A stretch of 64,000 nt of DNA from an uncultured candidatus Porisulfidus sp. (GTDB lineage Bacteria; Pseudomonadota; Gammaproteobacteria; Poriferisulfidales; Poriferisulfidaceae). Below the pieces are notes generated by a model, which ran no database searches, had not been told where the DNA came from, and saw only the letters and a program-made list of their open reading frames with translations. Location: NCBI GenBank assembly GCA_965204575.1, contig OZ241993.1, forward strand, positions 864,001-928,000, read 5' to 3'. A program made the position numbers and the translations under genes. Shown piece after piece: positions 34,095-42,989 of the stretch; the stretch's first letter is position 1; each line of letters begins with the position of its first letter.

Positions 34095-34121
34095 TAGATT
34101 CTTAATATACTTAAGAATCTA
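34095..34121. promoter_or_regulatory. Perfect 11-5-11 inverted repeat (candidate operator) overlapping a -10 TATACT
   Basis: TAGATTCTTAA-tatac-TTAAGAATCTA, 28 nt upstream of ATG 34150. Confidence 0.65.
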
Positions 34122-34149
34122 GAGGTCGACACAAGAGAGAGGAATCATT

Positions 34150-35262
34150 ATGAAAATTAGAGATCGAGAGGTACTAATACCTACCAGTATTGTAGGTAAT
34201 TATCCTAACCCACGTTGGTGGGACACGTTGTGGGCAACCAATTTTTCGGGAGACCAGGCACCACCGGATGCGAAAGAGCGAGAAGCATTGGAAGACGCAA
34301 TAGCCACTATGGCGCACGATCAAGAAATGGCAGGGCTGGATATTATTTCGGATGGCCGGGTGCAAGGCGATAATTATGTTGATCAAATCGTGTACTACTA
34401 CCTTAAGCGTCTTGGCTACAGCATGCATGGGGAATACCTGGCTACACCACTTTATAGTGACTTACACTCCGCGACCTGCCATCAAGAAATCAAACGCTAC
34501 GGCCCCATCATGATTCAACAGGCCAGGGCATTGAAACGGGCTACTGACAAACCGATTAAAGTGCAATACACGGGGGTTCAGGCTTTGGCTCAATGTACCA
34601 ATGATTATTACTACAAGTCCAGTTATGATCGAGCGATGGCAATTGCCACAGCACTGAACGAAGAACTCCTTGAATTAGACGAGATGGGTGTAGACTTCAT
34701 TCAATTGGACGAGTTTACATGGCCTTACCTTTTTGAAGATTGGGCGATAGAGGCCTACAACCGATGTGTGGAAGGTGTCAAAAACTCCAAGATTGTCACA
34801 CATGTCTGCTGGGGAAACTACAAAGGTACTTACGGGTATTACATGGAAGAAGGAGCAGAGGATTTTGATATCACCAAGCGAGCAGGCGAAAATCCAACGA
34901 ATCGAGCTGAATCCATCATACCGAAATGTTATGAGGCGAACCTGGATGTCATTAACATAGAAAACTGTGGCAGATGTGAGGGCGAACTGGATATTCTGGA
35001 AACACATCCGCTGCCGGATAACTTGTACTTTTGGGCAGGGGTCATCGATATCAAGAGCACGATTGTTGAAACCGCTGACCAGGTGGCTGATCGTATCCGG
35101 GGCCTGCTCAAGTATGTTCCTGCCGACCGCCTTGGGGTTACAACCGATTGTGGTCTTATTCACTTTTGGCGCTACATCGCCTATGAAAAAATGCGTGCTC
35201 TTGTTGAAGGAACAAAAATCGTGCGTGAAGAATTGCAAAAGGAATTAAAGAAAGCCGCATGA
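34150..35262 (+). CDS. etnE: Epoxyalkane:coenzyme M transferase-like enzyme (EaCoMT/XecA/EtnE; MetE C-terminal Zn family)
   Basis: PTSIVGNYPNPRWWD, DQEMAGLDIISDGR, IQLDE, Zn ligands HVCWGN and TTDCG; next to CoM biosynthesis-like genes; GAGGA RBS. Confidence 0.82.
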   Translation: MKIRDREVLIPTSIVGNYPNPRWWDTLWATNFSGDQAPPDAKEREALEDAIATMAHDQEMAGLDIISDGRVQGDNYVDQIVYYYLKRLGYSMHGEYLATPLYSDLHSATCHQEIKRYGPIMIQQARALKRATDKPIKVQYTGVQALAQCTNDYYYKSSYDRAMAIATALNEELLELDEMGVDFIQLDEFTWPYLFEDWAIEAYNRCVEGVKNSKIVTHVCWGNYKGTYGYYMEEGAEDFDITKRAGENPTNRAESIIPKCYEANLDVINIENCGRCEGELDILETHPLPDNLYFWAGVIDIKSTIVETADQVADRIRGLLKYVPADRLGVTTDCGLIHFWRYIAYEKMRALVEGTKIVREELQKELKKAA

Positions 35263-35302
35263 TGCACTGATCGAAAATAAAGTTAATGGAGATTCTGTAT
35301 CC

Positions 35303-35512
35303 ATGCCAGTTCTAACCTTATGGTGCTCGGATTGTGAACGGGAGTTCAAAGGCATGGTTATGACTGGTGCGAAAGTTCCTGACGTGTGGGTTTGCGCGGT
35401 CTGTAAAAGTGATCGCGCAAGCCCAATACACGAAGATCATCATTCACATCCCTGGGCGAAAGATCCATGCGATCATGATTCTCATCAGACCTGCCCTTGC
35501 TGCGTAGTGTAA
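35303..35512 (+). CDS. Small zinc-ribbon protein with a His/Cys-rich tail
   Basis: CSDC...CAVC, HEDHHSHPW, CPCC; GGAGA RBS; fits between operon genes. Confidence 0.75.
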   Translation: MPVLTLWCSDCEREFKGMVMTGAKVPDVWVCAVCKSDRASPIHEDHHSHPWAKDPCDHDSHQTCPCCVV

Positions 35513-35516
35513 TTGT

Positions 35517-36461
35517 GTGTTGACTCGCCACTCGACCGCAGAGAACAAATTTACCAGCATTGAAGCACTAGCTTCACAAGTTGAATCCGGAGATTGTGTA
35601 GCAGTCGGAGGTGGCTTGTCATCACGTGAGCCGATGGCTCTGATCCGTTCAATCATCCGCAATCGTGTTAACGGTTTGACAGTGGTCGGTTCTGCACACG
35701 GAATTGACATCGATTTGCTGTGTGGTGCAAATGCGGTTTCTGCGTCTCAAGAAAGTTATGTAGGGTTTGAACAAGATTTTGGCATGGCGCAAAACTATCG
35801 ACGAGGATGCGAAAGTGGTGAAATTGAAATTCAGGACAATTGCTGCTATACGCTTGTTCAACAACTTCGTGCCTCGATACAAGGCTTACCATTTATGCCC
35901 ATTCAATCAGTAAGAGGTACCGATTTTGAAAAAACTCATCCAAGTTATAAAACGATACAGAATCCTTATTCGGGAGAGGACATATTAGTTGTTCCACCTC
36001 TTACACCGGATGTGGCAATTATTCATGCCCAATATGCCGACTTGCATGGCAATTTGAGGATTGAAGGTCCTCCAGTCGTTGACTTGCTGTTTGCGCAGGC
36101 ATCAAGAACAGTACTGGCAACAGTGGAAAAGATCGTGACAAATGAAGAATTGAAGCGCCTCGGTGGTGCAAATATTCCGTACTTTTATGTGTCATACGTT
36201 GCTGAAGCACCCATGGGCGCTCATCCGACCGCTTGCTATCCATTTTATGCCTATGATCGTGAACATACCGAGTTATACATGTCTGCTGCGAAAGAAGGTT
36301 CAACAGCGTTCAAAAAAAAATATTTGAAAGATTTCGTATATGAATGTGAAAGTCATGAAGAATACCTGCATCGCATTGGCGGAGAAGATACACGTGTAAG
36401 ACTATCTAGCTGGAAGGAGTCAACTGATGCCTGGATGGAGTTATACAAGGAAAGTGCATAA
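35517..36461 (+). CDS. CoA transferase subunit A (family I, GctA-like)
   Basis: VAVGGG...REPMALIR, DIDLLCG, GLPFMP, PDVAIIHAQYAD..GN, GAHPTAC. Confidence 0.88.
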   Translation: MLTRHSTAENKFTSIEALASQVESGDCVAVGGGLSSREPMALIRSIIRNRVNGLTVVGSAHGIDIDLLCGANAVSASQESYVGFEQDFGMAQNYRRGCESGEIEIQDNCCYTLVQQLRASIQGLPFMPIQSVRGTDFEKTHPSYKTIQNPYSGEDILVVPPLTPDVAIIHAQYADLHGNLRIEGPPVVDLLFAQASRTVLATVEKIVTNEELKRLGGANIPYFYVSYVAEAPMGAHPTACYPFYAYDREHTELYMSAAKEGSTAFKKKYLKDFVYECESHEEYLHRIGGEDTRVRLSSWKESTDAWMELYKESA

Positions 36462-36463
36462 AT

Positions 36464-37300
36464 ATGGGCAAGAATTGCACGCTGGGCGAGCTACTTATCG
36501 ATCAACTGGCGCGAACTGTTGAAGATGACACATTAGTGTTCCATGGATTTGGATCACCATTAGTTCAGATTGCATTGCATGTTGCCAAAAGGGTATACAC
36601 CCCTAATTTGGTGCTGGTAGCTGGTGCTACCTATGGAGTCAATCCAGATCCTCCTTTCATAGCTCCCACGACTAACGACTGGGTACATGACCGAAACTCT
36701 GAATGCCACCTAAGCATTGGTGAGTTATTCGATTTGTCTGCAAGTGGGCGCTTGGGGAGAATGTTTTTATCAGGCCTGCAAATCGATCGTTGGGGCAATA
36801 CCAATGTAACTCAGCTGGGTCGTAAAACCTTAAAGCTGAAACTGCCGGGGGGTGGCGGCGCTTGTAACCTGTCATGTAATGCAAAAAATATAACATTGTG
36901 GACTGCAGCACATCGCTCAGAGCCGGTAAAAGGAAAGCGCCGCTATCGGATCGTCTCGCAGTGTGACTATGTCACCGGTTTTGGTCATAAGAACGCTGAT
37001 GGGATTACTCGCAGGCAACTTGGGTACTTGGGTAACGGTCCACAGTGTCTCGTTACGGATTTAGGCGTTTTTGATTTCGACCAGGACGGGCATTTGCAAT
37101 TAAATGCTCTCTATCCGCACACCACTGTAGACGATGTTCTGGAAAATACTGAATTTGAACCAAGAATGAAGAAAGAGGTTAAAACAGTTTCGCTTCCTTC
37201 TTTAGAAGTGCTTTCGATCATCCGAAAACTTGATCCACTTCATATTCATGAAAAGGAATTATTACCCGGGGACCGCTCATTGACATTGGAAGAGCCTTAA
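36464..37300 (+). CDS. CoA transferase subunit B (family I, GctB-like)
   Basis: GLQIDRWGNTN, LPGGGG, VTDLGVFDF, ENTEF. Confidence 0.88.
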   Translation: MGKNCTLGELLIDQLARTVEDDTLVFHGFGSPLVQIALHVAKRVYTPNLVLVAGATYGVNPDPPFIAPTTNDWVHDRNSECHLSIGELFDLSASGRLGRMFLSGLQIDRWGNTNVTQLGRKTLKLKLPGGGGACNLSCNAKNITLWTAAHRSEPVKGKRRYRIVSQCDYVTGFGHKNADGITRRQLGYLGNGPQCLVTDLGVFDFDQDGHLQLNALYPHTTVDDVLENTEFEPRMKKEVKTVSLPSLEVLSIIRKLDPLHIHEKELLPGDRSLTLEEP

Positions 37301-37301
37301 A

Positions 37302-38246
37302 ATGCAGCAATCTGTTGAACAATCCCAAACGAGCATGAAACAAGTAGATTTCTCGGCTAGGTATCGAGACAAAAACAATATTGTTCCAATTCCTTATCGC
37401 AAAACCAGTGTTCAGCAATACGCTGGAGAGATGTCCGAGAAAGCGGTGCAGTCATACTTGTTGGGGAAAGAAGCGTATCGGCGTACAGAATTTATTGTGC
37501 TCAAAGGGGACAACCAGAAAAATGCAGTCGTTGCCATTCAAAAGTCTGATGATCAATCGTTATTTTCAGATATAACTCATGTTGAAATTCTAGGCCTTCC
37601 GGAAAACTGCATTTATGTTCAAGACAGCAGTGTTGACTGCGCGAATCGATCTGCCTTGGCTGAAGCTGCTTTTCGCAATCAAGTAAAAAAAAATGGGACA
37701 TGCATTGTTGAAGGCAAGTATGACCATATCAACTTCATATGTCGTCCTGACCCGCTTGTGCTTCAGGTACTGGAAGTCGAACCACCTTCTCCACCAAAAT
37801 TGTATGACATGGTAGTACAGGCATTAAGTTATGCTGATTTGCCTCCCATTCTTGTTGAGCTCAAAGCAATTGATGTAAGAGAGATATGTAACAGTGTAGA
37901 TCCTGAATGTTACTTGTTGCCTTGTAGATCAGGTGGGATGGATCAACTACAAAAGCCTGTATATTTCTTGGACGAGCGTCCCAAGCAACGCAAAAACTGG
38001 GTTTTAATAGGATGTGAAAGAAGTCTTCAATTTCATCGACACTATTATGGAGATGAGCCACCCCAGGTTGAGATGTGTCCACGCAAGCTTCGACAAGAAT
38101 CTGAAGTGCCTACACTATTGAAGTGTTGTCTACTTGAATTCGAGGTTGAAAGAGATGGGGACCTGATGGTTGTTCCCTGGGGTGCTGATCTCACTATGGT
38201 AGAACAAGCTTTACGGGAAATTTCGAGTGAGGTTGAGTATGTCTAA
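37302..38246 (+). CDS. Cys-rich protein of unknown function, immediately upstream of comA (position of xcbA)
   Basis: LLPCR, IGCERS, MCPR, KCCLLE, VPWGA; stop overlaps the comA start. Confidence 0.7.
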   Translation: MQQSVEQSQTSMKQVDFSARYRDKNNIVPIPYRKTSVQQYAGEMSEKAVQSYLLGKEAYRRTEFIVLKGDNQKNAVVAIQKSDDQSLFSDITHVEILGLPENCIYVQDSSVDCANRSALAEAAFRNQVKKNGTCIVEGKYDHINFICRPDPLVLQVLEVEPPSPPKLYDMVVQALSYADLPPILVELKAIDVREICNSVDPECYLLPCRSGGMDQLQKPVYFLDERPKQRKNWVLIGCERSLQFHRHYYGDEPPQVEMCPRKLRQESEVPTLLKCCLLEFEVERDGDLMVVPWGADLTMVEQALREISSEVEYV

Positions 38247-39123
38247 GTCTGCTTGGGATGGGATTCAAGTCATAAGTGAATTCATGAAAGAGCGTGTAGA
38301 GCGGCAAAAAAACGTTGGTATGACGATGGTTATCGATACGTGTATGGGGCCGCAGATGTTGCAGGATATGCTTCTAGTTTCGAATGAGTATATTGATCAC
38401 TGGAAGTTTAGTTATGGAGTATCTGCCGTGATGCCTGCAAACATACTCCGTCAAATGCTCGATACATTAAATCAATACAACATCAATACATTTCCTGGAG
38501 GTACGCTGCTAGAGGCTGCGATCATTCAGAAAAATTGTCAATCGTACATGCTGCGTGCCAAAGAGATTGGATTCCGTTCAGTCGAAATTTCAGATGGAAC
38601 GATCACACTGCCCATTAAGCGCAGGCGTAACGCAATCTTGTGTGCGCTAGACAATGGATTGATTCCAATTACAGAGGTAGGTAAAAAGGACCCCACAAAG
38701 CAACCAAGCCCTGAAGAACTCGCAGACCTGATTCTGCAAGATTTATATTTTGGTGCTGAGTATGTAATCTTGGATGCAAGAGAATCCGGGCGCGAAATCG
38801 GCATATTTGACCAAAATGGAGACTTGAAGCTCGAATTATTTGATAAAATCTTATCGTTAGTTGGGCAAAAAAAAGAAAAGGTCATTTGGGAAGCCCCCCT
38901 AAGAAAACAACAGGCCGCCCTGATCAAACAAATTGGTCCAAATGTAAACCTTGGGAATATAAGCCCCATGGACGTCTTGTCGCTAGAGTCATTACGCTTG
39001 GGACTTCAATATGAATCCTTAAGAGAAGTTGCCGACGAGTCTACCCAGCGTGGAATGTGGGACCCTGATTCAGTAGAAAACTCTGATACAACCGAGATAC
39101 CGCAAGAATCTGTAAAGAAATGA
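38239..39123 (+). CDS. comA: Phosphosulfolactate synthase (ComA/XcbB)
   Basis: GMTMVID, YIDHWKFSYG, PGGTLLE, VEISDG, TEVGKK, ARESG, IWEAP, GPNVNLGNI. Confidence 0.92.
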   Translation: MSKSAWDGIQVISEFMKERVERQKNVGMTMVIDTCMGPQMLQDMLLVSNEYIDHWKFSYGVSAVMPANILRQMLDTLNQYNINTFPGGTLLEAAIIQKNCQSYMLRAKEIGFRSVEISDGTITLPIKRRRNAILCALDNGLIPITEVGKKDPTKQPSPEELADLILQDLYFGAEYVILDARESGREIGIFDQNGDLKLELFDKILSLVGQKKEKVIWEAPLRKQQAALIKQIGPNVNLGNISPMDVLSLESLRLGLQYESLREVADESTQRGMWDPDSVENSDTTEIPQESVKK

Positions 39124-40637
39124 GTGACAGATTTTCAGACTCCGATGCTGTTTTGTGTACCAATGGCCGGTTATCACAGCCTCCCGAAGATATATTAGTT
39201 ACCAGTGCTTTTAAGAGTGAGCTTCAAGAACAGCTCTGCTTGTCAGAAGAAATGAATCGGGTGGATATTGCACATGTAATAGGATTAGTTGAGGCCAAGG
39301 TTATCAAGAAGAAAGTAGGCGCTGACCTGTTGAATGCATTGCAAAAATTACAGGAGAATCCAACGGATTTCCAACCTGACCCTAAATTCGGTGATTTATT
39401 TACAAATCGAGAAAATTGGTTAGAACAACACTCAAGCGCAGTAGGCTGGTTATGTGCAGGCAGAGCGCGTAGAGAAAGCACTACGGTCGCTTATCATTTA
39501 ACAATAAAAAAGATTTTGCTTGACCTTGCTGATGAAATAACAGCCTTGATGCGGGTAATGATGATACAGGTGTCGGCGCATAAGGCATCAGTTATGCCGG
39601 ATTACACGTATATGCAGCCGGGACAGCCAACGACATTCGGGCATTATTTACATTCATTTGTATTCATGCTGATGCGTGATCTTGCGCGCATTGAATCACT
39701 TTATGGAAGGGTCAATTGTTGTCCAGCAGGGTGCGGAGGCATAAACGGGTCAACTCTTCAGATTGACAGGGAAAAGCTGTCAAGCTTGTTAGGCTTTGCG
39801 AGGCCTGTCATGCATGCAAGAGATGCAATGTGGCAAGCTGATACTTCCATTGAGATCGCGTCAGTTTCAACTTCAATTTTAGTTACGCTGGACCGCTTTT
39901 GCGAAGATGTACTGTATTTCGTGACGGAAGAATTCAACTACATCGAGTTGCAAGATTCTTGTTCACGAGCAAGTAAGATTATGCCGCAGAAAAAAAATCC
40001 TTATGCTTTAGCGTATATTCGAGCGCTGGCAAATAAGGTTATTGGCATACAGAATATGGTGGTTGTGTCGCAGCGCACACCAACTGGACAGATTGATAAT
40101 CGCCTGTTCTTGTACGGAGAAATTCCATTCGTGCTTAAGAAAAGCATCGAAGGAATTGGCTTGTTAAAAAATGCGGTGGAGGGATTGCAGTTCAAAACTT
40201 CAAATGCAGTAAACAGAATAAGGGAAAGCTACGCGATGGCCGCGGAACTAGCTGAACAAATTTCAGTTGAAAATGATTTGGATTATAGAACCGCCCATAA
40301 GATTGTTGGAAAAATTGTCCGAAATTTTATACACCTTAAAAAACCTTTATTCGAGTTAACGGAACAAGAATTGAATGAAGCTGCAAGCGATGTAGTAGGT
40401 CGCCCAATTTCATGCTCCAGGCAGATCCTCGAGATGCTGAATTCTCCGCATGTTGCAATTGAGAAAAAGTCCGGGTTAGGAGGCACGTCTAGAGAAAGGA
40501 TCAAGGAGATGATCGAATACAGTAAACAAGAGATTAATTTTTATAAAAAATGGACAGACAATGAACGGGAAAAAATAAAACAAGCAGAAAATGCATTGTC
40601 ACAACACATGCATACCATTATCAGTCAAGCCCAATGA
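39120..40637 (+). CDS. Argininosuccinate lyase-like aspartase/fumarase-family enzyme (XcbC-like)
   Basis: MPDYTYMQPGQP (Tyr at the usual His position), ASKIMPQKKNP variant signature, YRTAHKIVG; coupled to comA. Confidence 0.82.
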   Translation: MSDRFSDSDAVLCTNGRLSQPPEDILVTSAFKSELQEQLCLSEEMNRVDIAHVIGLVEAKVIKKKVGADLLNALQKLQENPTDFQPDPKFGDLFTNRENWLEQHSSAVGWLCAGRARRESTTVAYHLTIKKILLDLADEITALMRVMMIQVSAHKASVMPDYTYMQPGQPTTFGHYLHSFVFMLMRDLARIESLYGRVNCCPAGCGGINGSTLQIDREKLSSLLGFARPVMHARDAMWQADTSIEIASVSTSILVTLDRFCEDVLYFVTEEFNYIELQDSCSRASKIMPQKKNPYALAYIRALANKVIGIQNMVVVSQRTPTGQIDNRLFLYGEIPFVLKKSIEGIGLLKNAVEGLQFKTSNAVNRIRESYAMAAELAEQISVENDLDYRTAHKIVGKIVRNFIHLKKPLFELTEQELNEAASDVVGRPISCSRQILEMLNSPHVAIEKKSGLGGTSRERIKEMIEYSKQEINFYKKWTDNEREKIKQAENALSQHMHTIISQAQ

Positions 40638-41986
40638 CTTCATTATTCGTAGAATCCTCTATATACCAGAATTCCTGGAGTACGGAATCCTTGCGAAAAA
40701 TTTTTGATGAGAAATCAAGAATCAGAACTTGGCTAGAAATATTGGCCGTCCTAGCAGAAGTCCAGTCAAAATTTGGGTTAATACCAAAATCAGCTGGAAA
40801 TTCAATTAGGGAATTTTGCAGTCAAGTTGAGATCGATAGTGAATTACTTAATGACATCAAAGAAGGGTTTGAACAAAGTGGCCATTCCATGCAGGGCTTT
40901 ATCAATGCTTTGGCAAAGCGTGGAGGCGAAGATGTAAAAAACTGGTTGTATTTTGGCGCGACTGTACAAGATGTAACAGATACCTGGTTTTCGATCGCTT
41001 TGAGGGATGTCAGGGAACAGTTTTTGTTGGATATAAATGCAATATGTTCTATTACCAAAAATCTCATGAGCGAGCATCGCGACACGATCATGCCAGGGCG
41101 TACGCATGGACAACACGGGTTGCCTATAACATTTGGATTTAAGGTTGCGGGTTGGGCGTGTGAACTGGATCGTCATCGAACTCGGTTATCGCAATTGGGT
41201 AACCGAATGGACGAGGGGCAGTTATGTGGAGGCGTTGGATCACTTTCATCGTTAGGCCGCCACGGTCTAGAAATTCAAAAGGAATTTTGTAATCGCCTCG
41301 GATTACGCGACCCCATTATCTCTTGGATTTCAAGTCGGGATGTATTTGCAGAATGGGGCCAGTTATTAGTGCTGATAACTGGAACTGCAGATCGTATCGG
41401 TCATGAAATTTATAATTTGCAAAGGACAGAAATTGCAGAACTTATTGAGATTACGCCTATAGAAACCGTAGGCAGTATTACGATGCCGCATAAACAAAAC
41501 CCAGAAATATCCGAACATCTGGGAACGCTTGCCAGAGTCGTTCGCCATAATGCTGCAATTCTTCTTGAGGGCTTAGTCACTGATCATGAACGAGATGGTC
41601 GATCTTGGAAAAGTGAATGGCATGTCCTGCCGCTCATAACTTTAGTATCGGGAAAATCTCTAGAGTTACTGAAATTAATATTGTCAAACTTAGAAGTACA
41701 AACACTGAAAATGAAAGAGAACTTAGAAATCAGTGGCGAACAGATATTTTCAGAAGGTGTAATGCTGGCGTTAGCAAAAAAACTGGGGAAAAACCAGGCT
41801 CAAAAAATAGTCTACAAGGAAGCAATGAATGCGCGTAAGAAAGGAATTTCATTCAGAGAGGCTGTTTTGAATAACTCTCAAATTTCATCCAATCTAAGTG
41901 CTGAAGATATCGATGAGATTTTTAAAAATGAAAATCGTCTTGGTTTATGTACAGCGATGGTTGATAGAGTGCTAAACAAAATATGA
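40634..41986 (+). CDS. Adenylosuccinate lyase-like enzyme (XcbD-like)
   Basis: GATVQD, MPGRTHGQ, ITFGFK, GSITMPHKQNP, DHERD. Confidence 0.82.
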   Translation: MTSLFVESSIYQNSWSTESLRKIFDEKSRIRTWLEILAVLAEVQSKFGLIPKSAGNSIREFCSQVEIDSELLNDIKEGFEQSGHSMQGFINALAKRGGEDVKNWLYFGATVQDVTDTWFSIALRDVREQFLLDINAICSITKNLMSEHRDTIMPGRTHGQHGLPITFGFKVAGWACELDRHRTRLSQLGNRMDEGQLCGGVGSLSSLGRHGLEIQKEFCNRLGLRDPIISWISSRDVFAEWGQLLVLITGTADRIGHEIYNLQRTEIAELIEITPIETVGSITMPHKQNPEISEHLGTLARVVRHNAAILLEGLVTDHERDGRSWKSEWHVLPLITLVSGKSLELLKLILSNLEVQTLKMKENLEISGEQIFSEGVMLALAKKLGKNQAQKIVYKEAMNARKKGISFREAVLNNSQISSNLSAEDIDEIFKNENRLGLCTAMVDRVLNKI

Positions 41987-42975
41987 GTACTCAAACACTC
42001 GCATCTGATGACTTGCCGAAAATCAGCCGTTGTGAGTTCGCACAATTTCCCACTCCTTTGCAGCGGTTTAAAAAACTGGAAAAAGATCTCAATGATATTG
42101 AGCTATGGGTTAAACGCGATGACCTAATCGAATTTGGTTATGGGGGAAATAAAGTCAGGGCACTTGAATACATAGCGGCAGACGCATTAAAGAGGGGGTC
42201 GAAAACGTTAATTACGGGTGCAGGTGTACAGTCCAATCATGTACGTGCAACGGCAGCAGTGGCAGCTTATTTAGATCTGAATTGTATCGCTATCTACTGG
42301 GGCAGCCCCCCAAAAGAAGTTACAGGCAATTATTACCTGACCAAATTGTTGGGAGCAGAAACCAGATTTACACACGATACTGATCGAAGCTCGGTAGATA
42401 CAATGATCCGACTTGTTGAGCAAGAACTGATGCATGGTGATGCCCTTCCTTATTCAATCCCGCGAGGAGGAGCATGTGCACTAGGGGTAATCGCTCACAT
42501 GTTTGCGGCGAAGGAATTATTTGAGCAGTGCCAAAGCAAAGAAATAAATGTCGATCTTGTAACGCTTGCAGTGGGTTCTGGAGGGACTATAGCTGGTTGG
42601 GTACTTGCACGAATCTTGTATGACCATCCTTGGCGAATCGAAGGCTTTACTGTGAGTCGGCCTGCCAAGGAGTTAAAGGAAATTGTTCATAATTTAGTAC
42701 AACAAGCCGCCGTAGTATTGAATGTCGCAGTAAACATAAATTTGGAGGAGATAGTAATCCGTGAGGGCTACATTGGTGATGGATACGGGATACCAAGTAT
42801 TGAAGGGAATGAAACAATTAAAGATGTTGCAATCAAGCAAGGTGTTTTTTTTGATCCGACGTATACAGGAAAAGCATTTGCTGGACTTTCAGATTTAATA
42901 AATAATGGTTTCTACAAGGACATTCAAACAGCCGTGTTTTTACATACAGGAGGAGAGCCGGTTTTGTTTAGTTAG
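41983..42975 (+). CDS. D-cysteine desulfhydrase / ACC deaminase-like PLP enzyme (XcbE-like)
   Basis: PTPL, KRDD...GGNKVR (PLP Lys), QSNH, GSGGT, DPTYTGKA, LHTGG. Confidence 0.88.
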   Translation: MSTQTLASDDLPKISRCEFAQFPTPLQRFKKLEKDLNDIELWVKRDDLIEFGYGGNKVRALEYIAADALKRGSKTLITGAGVQSNHVRATAAVAAYLDLNCIAIYWGSPPKEVTGNYYLTKLLGAETRFTHDTDRSSVDTMIRLVEQELMHGDALPYSIPRGGACALGVIAHMFAAKELFEQCQSKEINVDLVTLAVGSGGTIAGWVLARILYDHPWRIEGFTVSRPAKELKEIVHNLVQQAAVVLNVAVNINLEEIVIREGYIGDGYGIPSIEGNETIKDVAIKQGVFFDPTYTGKAFAGLSDLINNGFYKDIQTAVFLHTGGEPVLFS

Positions 42976-42989
42976 TATAGGGTCAACAA

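Noticed and set aside
34150-35262. Annotation as cobalamin-independent methionine synthase
   Set aside because: Single-barrel size, the GNYPNPRWWD N-terminus and the CoM gene context favour EaCoMT.
41983-42975. Annotation as a plant-associated ACC deaminase
   Set aside because: Its position after comA and two lyases matches xcbE; family membership alone does not imply ACC activity.
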